Shown here in pieces: positions 1 through 7,851 of a DNA stretch of 64,000 nt. The notes under the pieces are model-generated. The model saw only the letters and a list, made by a program, of their open reading frames with translations. It was not told the origin of the DNA and made no database searches. Made by a program: the position numbers and the translations under genes. Source of the DNA: Patescibacteria group bacterium (GTDB lineage: Bacteria; Patescibacteriota; Minisyncoccia; Phycocordibacterales; UBA9973); assembly GCA_028868715.1 (NCBI GenBank), contig JAGWUB010000002.1, forward strand, positions 8,430-72,429. Direction: 5' to 3'. Within the stretch, counting starts at the first letter, position 1; each line of letters begins with the position of its first letter.

Positions 1-138
1 AAGATAAACCAAGTCAATGAACTCAAGGAAGAATTTTCTGAATTAGAAGGAGAGAGTAGCCTTCTTACCCATGAATTATTAAAAATTAAATCAGAAGAAG
101 AAAAACTCAAAGAAAAAATAAACACACTGGAACAATAG
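1..138 (+). CDS. 3' end of a coiled-coil protein (partial)
   Basis: Frame 1 is open from base 1 (KINQVNELKEEF...KINTLEQ) to TAG at 136-138; E/K-rich heptads. Confidence 0.6.
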   Translation, partial: KINQVNELKEEFSELEGESSLLTHELLKIKSEEEKLKEKINTLEQ

Positions 139-195
139 AAGCTCCAAATAGTTTGTGTTATAATATATACTGTAGCTTTTTTAAAATTGCATATT

Positions 196-579
196 ATGTC
201 AAACGAAAAAAAAAGTATATTGATAGTTGATGATAAAATTTCCACTATGTCTTCTTTGCTTAACATGCTTACAACTGAAGGCTTTAATGTGATCCAAGCG
301 ACAAATGGTGAGGAGGGCCTAAAAAATGCTTTTCAATTTCATCCTGATATTATTTTACTTGATATAGTGATGCCCATTATGGATGGTTTGACAATGCTTA
401 AAATTCTGAGACGTGATACTTGGGGGCGGAATGTCCCCGTTGTCGTTTTAACAAATTTAGATAATGACAATAGCGCTGTTGCTGCCCTTGATAGTTTAGC
501 TTACGATTACTTAATCAAAAATCAAACCAAGGATGAGGAGATAATGCAGATAATAAAAAATAAAATTAACCAGCAATGA
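196..579 (+). CDS. single-domain response regulator (receiver, CheY-like)
   Basis: ILIVDD...PDIILLDIVMPIMDG...VVLTN...YLIK receiver motifs; ATG at 196 preferred over TTG at 187. Confidence 0.9.
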   Translation: MSNEKKSILIVDDKISTMSSLLNMLTTEGFNVIQATNGEEGLKNAFQFHPDIILLDIVMPIMDGLTMLKILRRDTWGRNVPVVVLTNLDNDNSAVAALDSLAYDYLIKNQTKDEEIMQIIKNKINQQ

Positions 580-1289
580 TTCAATTTTCTAAAAAAATAA
601 TAATTATCTTTCTATTCTTCTTTATTTTTTTAAATTTTTCTCATACTTCTGCCGTAGAAAATATAACTCCAACCATAACATTATTTCCAACGATATATTA
701 TGCTGGGGATGAAGTTTTACATATAGAAGGACGGGCACAACCAAGCTCAAATGTTGAAATTGTTTTTAATTCAATTGACTGGGCGCCAAAAAGTTTTACC
801 GTAGGGAGTGATGCTAGTGGTAAATGGGTTTTTCTTCAGAGATTGTATCTAGAGGAGGGAAGGTGGGAAGTAAAAGCTCGAAATACCATAGACACGACAT
901 CTCAATCCGTTTGGTCTGATTCGGCGGATTTTATTTCTGTACCAACAGTTTTTGTGTTTGCTGGTATAAAAATAAAATTTTCTACGTTAAATGTACTTTT
1001 GATCGCTAGTTTAGCTTCTTTTGTGCTTATTATAATCCTATCAATTTTTAGATTTAAATCAGTTCAAAAAGAAGTCAGGGCTTTTCGCCTCGGATCTACC
1101 GAAAGACTAATAAAAGGAAGAATAGACGATGTGCGCCGAGATATAACCGAGGAATTGTGGCGTTTAGAGAAAAAACTAAAGCAAAGCGGATCTTTTACCC
1201 CAGAAGAGGCTGAGCATCGGGAAAAGCTCCTAGTGGAATTAAGAAAATATGAGAAAGAAATGGAGGAAGACATAATGGGTGTTTTGTAA
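576..1289 (+). CDS. exported/membrane protein with Ig-like domain, TM helix and C-terminal coiled coil
   Basis: Signal peptide, beta-rich segment (G.W...L..G.W.VKAR), TM helix, charged tail. Confidence 0.65.
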   Translation: MIQFSKKIIIIFLFFFIFLNFSHTSAVENITPTITLFPTIYYAGDEVLHIEGRAQPSSNVEIVFNSIDWAPKSFTVGSDASGKWVFLQRLYLEEGRWEVKARNTIDTTSQSVWSDSADFISVPTVFVFAGIKIKFSTLNVLLIASLASFVLIIILSIFRFKSVQKEVRAFRLGSTERLIKGRIDDVRRDITEELWRLEKKLKQSGSFTPEEAEHREKLLVELRKYEKEMEEDIMGVL

Positions 1290-1319
1290 TAATAACCATA
1301 TAAGTGATATAATATAAGC

Positions 1320-2291
1320 ATGAAAAATATTTTCATTACAAGAGAAATACAAGCAGAAACCATAAAAACACTAAGAGACAAAGGATACAATATAACAATT
1401 GGTAAAAAAAAGACTCCTCTAACTCAACAAGAAATAATCAAAGAAATAAAGGGTAAAAACTATGATGCGGTCATTACCTTACTCACTGACAAAATAGACG
1501 GAAAAGTTTTTGACGCCAGCCCAGCTACCAAACTTTTCGCTAATTATGCTGTCGGCTATGACAATATTGACCTAGTCGAAGCTACTAAAAGAGGAATTAG
1601 TGTAACTAACACACCCGGAGATTATGTAGATGGTGTGGCCCAGCATGCGATAGCTCTTTTACTTGCTTTGATGTCTCGGCTCGTAGAAGCAGATACCTTT
1701 GTGCGAAAAGGAAAATATAAGGGATGGGATCCAATGCTTTTCCTGGGATATAAATTAAAAGGTAAAACTGTGGCTGTCATAGGTACCGGCAGAATAGGTG
1801 AACAAGTGGCCTACAAACTTCACTGTGGTTTTGGTACAAAAATAATTTATTACGATACAGTAAAAAATGAAAGAATAGAAAAAGATTGTGATGCGCAATT
1901 AATGACTTCTCTAGATGAAGCACTTTCGGTGGCGGATATAATTTCTATCCATGTTCCACTTTTACCTTCTACCCATCATCTAATAAATAAAGAAAATTTA
2001 AAGAAAATGAAACCTTCTGCATATATTATCAATACTTCCCGTGGCCCAGTGATTGATGAAAATGCTCTAGTCTATGCTCTTAAAAATGGTGAGATACGTG
2101 GTGCAGGTTTGGATGTGTATGAATTTGAACCAAAACTTGCAAAAGGGCTCACGAAATTAAAGAATACAGTACTGTCGCCCCACATCGCCTCAGCACAATT
2201 TGAATCAAGAGAAGAGATGGGAAGAATTTTAGCAGAAAATGTTATAGATTTTTTTGAAGACAGAATACCTAGAAATAAAGTCAATAAATAA
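1320..2291 (+). CDS. D-isomer 2-hydroxyacid dehydrogenase (D-glycerate dehydrogenase/glyoxylate reductase family)
   Basis: AVGYDNID, GTGRIG Rossmann motif, INTSRG, LDVYEFEP, SPHIAS. Confidence 0.92.
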   Translation: MKNIFITREIQAETIKTLRDKGYNITIGKKKTPLTQQEIIKEIKGKNYDAVITLLTDKIDGKVFDASPATKLFANYAVGYDNIDLVEATKRGISVTNTPGDYVDGVAQHAIALLLALMSRLVEADTFVRKGKYKGWDPMLFLGYKLKGKTVAVIGTGRIGEQVAYKLHCGFGTKIIYYDTVKNERIEKDCDAQLMTSLDEALSVADIISIHVPLLPSTHHLINKENLKKMKPSAYIINTSRGPVIDENALVYALKNGEIRGAGLDVYEFEPKLAKGLTKLKNTVLSPHIASAQFESREEMGRILAENVIDFFEDRIPRNKVNK

Positions 2292-2297
2292 AAACTT

Positions 2298-3752
2298 ATG
2301 GAACCGCAGATGGGAAAACTTATAGTGGCTAGGCATGGAGAGTCCGAGTGGAACAAAGCCAATTTATTTACCGGTAAAACTGATGTACATTTGAGCACGA
2401 ATGGATTTAAAGCATCAGAAGAATTGGGTGCTCTAATCAAAGATATTGAAATACATAAAGTTTTTGCTTCCACTCAAGCACGCACTATAGAGACAGAGGT
2501 CTGTATGATGAGTGGAGGAAAACAATGTTGTTCTGAAAATATACACTATTCCAGTGCGCTAAATGAAAGAGATTATGGAGATTATACTGGAAAAAATAAG
2601 CTAGAAAAAGAACATGAATTAGGGAAAGAGGAGTCTGATACACTTCGCCGTGCTTGGAATTATCCCATACCCAACGGGGAAACTTTAAAAATGGTATACG
2701 AGCGGTCAGTTCCTTTTTTTCTGCAAGAAATTTTACCAGTTTTAAGAAATAGCGAGAACGTGCTCATTGTTTCGCACGGAAATACCGTGCGATCTCTTTT
2801 GAAATACATAGAAAAAATTTCAGATATAGATATAGAGAAAGTAGAAATGCCATTTAATGAAATTTTTATTTACGACCTCGATCACGACGGACATTTTATA
2901 AATAAAGAAATAAGGAAAATAGGTGATAAAGTGAAGCCTGTGCAAGAAAGCAGAGTAAGGTCACTGACACAAATTGTAGCTACCATCGGTCCAGCTTCTT
3001 CTGAATACGTTGTGTTAAATGAAATGGTAAAAGCAGGTATGGATATGGCTAGACTAAATTTTTTCTGGCCGGAACCAGAAGAAATAAAAAAAAGAATTGG
3101 ACTGATAAAAAAAACTGCCAAAGAGAACAACACTAATATTAAAATATTAGTAGATTTACCAGGGCCTAGACTACAAGATAAAGACGGGCATATATATGAC
3201 ATCAATGCTTCTAAAGCTATAACCGCCAAAGACAAGGAATTAATAAAATTTGCGATAGAAAATGATGTAGATTACTTATCGGTATCCTTTGTTGGAAATA
3301 AACAAGATATTTTGGACTGTAGGGAGGAAATAAAAAAATGGAATGGTAGACAAAAAATCATCGCTAAAATTGAACGAGCAGTGGCTATAGAAAACATAGA
3401 TGAAATAATAGCAAATGCAGATGCAATCATGATAGCCAGAGGGGATTTGGGAAACGAAATACCCATTGAGAAAATACCATTTGCCCAAGATGATATTATT
3501 AAAAAATGTAAACAAGTTGGTAAACCAGTGATCACCGCAACCCAAATGCTCTATTCTATGAAAGACAACCCATCTCCGACTCGTGCTGAAGCCACCGACG
3601 TGGTCAATGCTGTCATGGAAGGTTCAGATGCTGTTATGCTCTCTGAGGAAACATCTATTGGAAAATATCCCATCAGGGCAGTGTATGTGATGGAGCACTT
3701 GGCGCTTGAAGCAGAATTACATTTAAAAAATCCTAAGTTCAACACTTTTTAA
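2298..3752 (+). CDS. fusion of 2,3-BPG-dependent phosphoglycerate mutase (GpmA-like) and a minimal pyruvate kinase
   Basis: N-terminal RHGESEWN, LNERDYG, VSHGN; C-terminal IVATIGP, AKIE, MIARGDLG, TATQML, PTRAE, AVMLSEET. Confidence 0.9.
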   Translation: MEPQMGKLIVARHGESEWNKANLFTGKTDVHLSTNGFKASEELGALIKDIEIHKVFASTQARTIETEVCMMSGGKQCCSENIHYSSALNERDYGDYTGKNKLEKEHELGKEESDTLRRAWNYPIPNGETLKMVYERSVPFFLQEILPVLRNSENVLIVSHGNTVRSLLKYIEKISDIDIEKVEMPFNEIFIYDLDHDGHFINKEIRKIGDKVKPVQESRVRSLTQIVATIGPASSEYVVLNEMVKAGMDMARLNFFWPEPEEIKKRIGLIKKTAKENNTNIKILVDLPGPRLQDKDGHIYDINASKAITAKDKELIKFAIENDVDYLSVSFVGNKQDILDCREEIKKWNGRQKIIAKIERAVAIENIDEIIANADAIMIARGDLGNEIPIEKIPFAQDDIIKKCKQVGKPVITATQMLYSMKDNPSPTRAEATDVVNAVMEGSDAVMLSEETSIGKYPIRAVYVMEHLALEAELHLKNPKFNTF

Positions 3753-3754
3753 TT

Positions 3755-5002
3755 ATGGCTATTATTTCAAAACTAGAAGCCAAAGAAATTTTAGATTCTA
3801 GGGGGAACCCCACCGTCCAAGCCTCCTGTCGGCTACAAGATGGAACAATAGAAATTGCCTCAGTGCCATCTGGAGTAAGTACCGGTAAATATGAAGCATT
3901 TGAGCTTAGAGATAATGATATGAATAGATATAGAGGCAAAGGGGTAGAGAGGGCTGTGGGAAACATAAATGGAGAAATTTCAGAATTTTTAGTTGGAAAA
4001 GAATTGGACCAGAATACTCTAGATGAGGCTCTGATAAATTTAGATGGTACAAAAAATAAACAAAGACTTGGGGCAAATGCCATACTGGCAGTTTCGCTGG
4101 CTTTTGCGAGAGCCTCAGCTAAAGAGAAGGGAATACCACTTTTTAAGTACCTAGCAAATATATATTTTAAAAATGAAAATGAAAGAATGTATAAAATTCC
4201 ACAACCAGTTTTCAATACCATAGAGGGTGGTAAGCATTCAGATAGCGGACTATCTTTTCAGGAGTTTTTATTAGTTCCACAAGAATTTGAAAATATAAAA
4301 ATAAAATTAGAAGTAATAAAAAAGATATTTATATCCTTAAAAGATCTACTGGTAAAAGATGGGTATGAAGTAAATCTAGGTGATGAAGGTGGATTTTCTC
4401 CAAAGCTTTCATCTGATGAGAAAGTTTTAGAATATTTCAATATGGCTATTTCTTCTGCTGGCTATAATGCAGATCAAGTAAAAATTGGACTAGATGTTGC
4501 TGCCACGACTTTTTTCAAAGATGGCCTTTATCTTATAAAAGAGAATAAATTAAATACGCGAGAAATGATAGAAATGTATAAAAAATTATGTGAGCAATAC
4601 AAAATAATTTCAATTGAAGATGGGCTCAACGAAGAAGATTTTGCTGGGTTTGCGGAAATGAATAAAGCATTAGGTCAGATGATAAATATTGTGGGAGACG
4701 ATATTACTGTCACCAACATTGATCTAATTAAAAACGCAATAAATAATAAATCCATCAACACTCTCCTCATCAAACCAAATCAAATTGGCACACTTTCGGA
4801 AACTATGCAGGCCATCAGATTGGCAAAAGAAAATAATATTAAAACTTTCATATCTCACAGAGGTGGCGAGACAGAGGATACTTTTGTTGCTGATTTGGCA
4901 GTCGCCGTGGGCGCTGATTTTATAAAGGCCGGTGGCCCAACTAAGCCGGAGCGAATAGTAAAATATCATAGACTGATAGAGATAGAAGAGCTTATTAAAT
5001 GA
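3755..5002 (+). CDS. eno: enolase
   Basis: EILDSRGNPTV, VPSG.STG..EA.ELRD, GDEGGF, IKPNQIG, SHRGGETED. Confidence 0.95.
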   Translation: MAIISKLEAKEILDSRGNPTVQASCRLQDGTIEIASVPSGVSTGKYEAFELRDNDMNRYRGKGVERAVGNINGEISEFLVGKELDQNTLDEALINLDGTKNKQRLGANAILAVSLAFARASAKEKGIPLFKYLANIYFKNENERMYKIPQPVFNTIEGGKHSDSGLSFQEFLLVPQEFENIKIKLEVIKKIFISLKDLLVKDGYEVNLGDEGGFSPKLSSDEKVLEYFNMAISSAGYNADQVKIGLDVAATTFFKDGLYLIKENKLNTREMIEMYKKLCEQYKIISIEDGLNEEDFAGFAEMNKALGQMINIVGDDITVTNIDLIKNAINNKSINTLLIKPNQIGTLSETMQAIRLAKENNIKTFISHRGGETEDTFVADLAVAVGADFIKAGGPTKPERIVKYHRLIEIEELIK

Positions 5003-5033
5003 CTTTTTAAGCCTATTCTGTTATATTCTCTCT

Positions 5034-5855
5034 ATGTCTAAATTATCTGTGGGAATTGTTGGCTTGCCAAACGTTGGAAAATCTACGCTTTTTAATGCGC
5101 TTACTAAAAAGGGTGTGCCAGCAGAAAATTATCCTTTTTGTACCATTGATCCATCAGTAGGAATTGTTCCGGTTCCAGATGAAAGGCTAGATAAGCTTTC
5201 AGCTATGAGTAAGTCCAAGAAAACCATACCGGCGGTGGTAGAGTTTGTGGATATCGCAGGTCTGGTTAAAGGAGCTTCTACTGGAGCTGGACTCGGTAAT
5301 AAATTTTTGTCTCACATACGTGAGGTGGACGCTATTATTGAAGTGGTCCGAATTTTTGAGGATAAAGACATGATTCATGTGCACGATAAAGTGGACCCAC
5401 TTTTTGATATTGAAGTTATAAATTTTGAATTAGAACAAGCTGGAATTAAAAAGCCAACACTATATGTATTAAATACATCAGAAGCATCTGACAATGTAAA
5501 AAAAGATTTTATCTCAAGTCTTCCTGGGCCTTACTTAGAAGTAGACCCGATTTTTGGTACAGGATTAGATAATTTAATTAAATCTAGTTACGATTTATTG
5601 AACTTGATTACCTTCTTTACCACTGGAGAGGATGAGTCTAGAGCCTGGACAACCAAGCGGGACGCTAAAGCTCCAGAAGCAGGACGATCTATTCACAACG
5701 ATTTTAAGGAAAAATTTATTCGCGCGGAAGTAATAAACTGGAAAGATTTACTTGATTGTGGGTCTTATGCAGTTGCTCGATCAAAAGGACTAGTACGCAC
5801 CGAAGGCAAGGAGTACGTCGTACAAGACGGCGATGTTATCGAGTTTTTGGTGTAG
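5034..5855 (+). CDS. ychF: Obg-family ATPase YchF, short form
   Basis: GIVGLPNVGKST, NYPFCTIDP, DIAGLVKGAS, C-terminal TGS domain ending EGKEYVVQDGD. Confidence 0.92.
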   Translation: MSKLSVGIVGLPNVGKSTLFNALTKKGVPAENYPFCTIDPSVGIVPVPDERLDKLSAMSKSKKTIPAVVEFVDIAGLVKGASTGAGLGNKFLSHIREVDAIIEVVRIFEDKDMIHVHDKVDPLFDIEVINFELEQAGIKKPTLYVLNTSEASDNVKKDFISSLPGPYLEVDPIFGTGLDNLIKSSYDLLNLITFFTTGEDESRAWTTKRDAKAPEAGRSIHNDFKEKFIRAEVINWKDLLDCGSYAVARSKGLVRTEGKEYVVQDGDVIEFLV

Positions 5856-6378
5856 CTGGTTTCTTCTTCTTATATTTTTTTACTTTCACTGCCACCTTCT
5901 TTATTTTTGGTTGAGCCTTTACTTTTATTGGCTTCTTCAAGCCCTCAATCTCATGCATGAGTAATGTGAGTGTGTTTTCTATATTTTTAAATTTCTCATT
6001 TTCTATTTGTTCATGTCTTTCTTCTTCTTCATCCTCAGAAATTTCTTCCACGTCCTCCTGAATTTCATCCACATCTTTTTGAATTTCATCCACGTCCTCC
6101 TGAATTTCATCCACATCTTTTTGAATTTCTTCAATGTCCTCTGACACTTCCTCCAGTTCCTCACTTTGTCTATTCACAGTGATTTGAATAAAAATTGAAA
6201 GGTAAATCGCTTCCAAGGATACTGCTGTTGTCAAAATTAATAAAATGCTTGAGGTATCAAAACCCAAAAATCGCAATCCAAAAATACCTATAAAAAAGAT
6301 TGTGTGAATTATTAAAGACCCAGTTGACCCGATAGCTGCCGTTAAGTTTTTAGAAAAATCATTAAATTTATCATTCAT
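5836..6378 (-). CDS. DUF1003-like membrane protein with acidic heptad repeat
   Basis: Two TM helices with LTTAVSLEAIYLSIFIQ motif, then (EIQxDVD)n. Confidence 0.75.
   Translation of the reverse strand: MNDKFNDFSKNLTAAIGSTGSLIIHTIFFIGIFGLRFLGFDTSSILLILTTAVSLEAIYLSIFIQITVNRQSEELEEVSEDIEEIQKDVDEIQEDVDEIQKDVDEIQEDVEEISEDEEEERHEQIENEKFKNIENTLTLLMHEIEGLKKPIKVKAQPKIKKVAVKVKKYKKKKPATPKTR
6047..6129. repeat. in-frame tandem repeat, 2 x 42 bp (21-bp subunits)
   Basis: tccacgtcctcctgaatttcatccacatctttttgaatttc occurs twice in tandem. Confidence 0.9.
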
Positions 6379-6425
6379 AATTAGTCTTATTTATTATCTA
6401 ATCCTTATATGATATACTTTTTTAT

Positions 6426-6977
6426 ATGAATGCACAATCAAAAGTTCTTAAATGGTCCCTTATTATTGGTATTGTTATCGTGATTAACTTGTTTTTTAAT
6501 TACTCTCTTTCTTTGGTTTATAAACATCCGGTATACGAAAACTTTTGCCCGAATACAGCTCAAACCATCGAGACTATTAACACAAGAGAGCAGTGTATTC
6601 AGATAGGTGGACAGTGGAATGGCAATGTCTATGCGGTGCCTGCGCCTGTACCAGTAGAAAAAATAGCACAACCACAAGGTTATTGTGACCAGCAATTTAC
6701 TTGCCGAAATACTTTCGAAGCTTCACAAAAAGTATATGATAGAAATGTATTTATTACTCTGGTTCTCTTGGGTGCTATTTGTGTGGCGGTTGGAACTTTT
6801 CTCGGAGTAAATATGCTGATCAGTATTGCACTGTCTATCGCTGGGGTTTTATCATTTGTTATTGCCTCAATGCGATATTGGAGCTCTGCTGATGATCTAA
6901 TAAAAGTTGTTATTTTAGGAATTGCACTCGCTATTTTAGTTTGGGTGGCTATGAAAAAATTTAAAGATAATAAGTAA
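6426..6977 (+). CDS. membrane protein with Cys-containing extracellular loop
   Basis: N-terminal TM, loop with 4 Cys, three C-terminal TM helices. Confidence 0.75.
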   Translation: MNAQSKVLKWSLIIGIVIVINLFFNYSLSLVYKHPVYENFCPNTAQTIETINTREQCIQIGGQWNGNVYAVPAPVPVEKIAQPQGYCDQQFTCRNTFEASQKVYDRNVFITLVLLGAICVAVGTFLGVNMLISIALSIAGVLSFVIASMRYWSSADDLIKVVILGIALAILVWVAMKKFKDNK

Positions 6978-6981
6978 AAAT

Positions 6982-7851
6982 ATGTTTGAAAATTGGAAAA
7001 TATTTGAAGGTACTTACGTCAACCCCATCGTCCTAAAAGACAGAATGACAACGATAGAGGAGGTAAGACAAAGCTCCAAGGACAAAAATAAGGAAGTGAA
7101 TGAAGCTATTTTGGAGCGTTTGAAAATTATTGAAGTAAAATATTTATCAAAAGACAAAAAAGTTTATTTAGGGCAGATAGTCATCGATAAAGATTTGGCT
7201 GACAATATCTTGAAATTGTTTGATTATATTGAAAAAATGAATAACAACACTGATACAGCAGATGATAAGAAATTTTTTATAGAAAAAATAATACCGATAT
7301 CAAATGAAAAATATAAAGACAACGATGCTCTGTCTATGGAAGACAACAATACCTCTGCATTTAATTACAGATTAATAGAAGGAAAAAACAGATTATCTTC
7401 ACACGCCTTTGGTTTTTCTATAGATATAAACCCCAAGGATAATCCGGTTATGATTAATGGAGTAGTAAGTCAACCAAGAAATGGCAAGTATGATGAAAAA
7501 AATTCAAATACCTTAACCCCGCATCATAAGGTGGTAGAATTTTTAAAACAACGAGGATTTGAATGGGGTGGAGACTGGAAGTCTTCAAAAGATTACCATC
7601 ATTTTCAAAAGATCCTTCCCACCAAAGAGTACCTAAAGAATTATATTGATAACGCAATTGATAACACAGAAGAAAATATTTTAGATACACTTGGAAAGTT
7701 ATTTATCAATAGTTACAAATTGGAACATTTTCAGGCACTACTCAATTTTGTTAAAAATGATGTTATTATCAGCAAAATTGGCAAAGAACAATACTTGAAA
7801 TTTTTTAATCTTTTAAACGAGCAAATACATAATGCACAAATACGATCATAA
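6982..7851 (+). CDS. M15 family metallopeptidase (peptidoglycan peptidase)
   Basis: NNTSAFNYR, S.HAFG.SIDINP, WGGDW...DYHHFQ. Confidence 0.88.
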   Translation: MFENWKIFEGTYVNPIVLKDRMTTIEEVRQSSKDKNKEVNEAILERLKIIEVKYLSKDKKVYLGQIVIDKDLADNILKLFDYIEKMNNNTDTADDKKFFIEKIIPISNEKYKDNDALSMEDNNTSAFNYRLIEGKNRLSSHAFGFSIDINPKDNPVMINGVVSQPRNGKYDEKNSNTLTPHHKVVEFLKQRGFEWGGDWKSSKDYHHFQKILPTKEYLKNYIDNAIDNTEENILDTLGKLFINSYKLEHFQALLNFVKNDVIISKIGKEQYLKFFNLLNEQIHNAQIRS

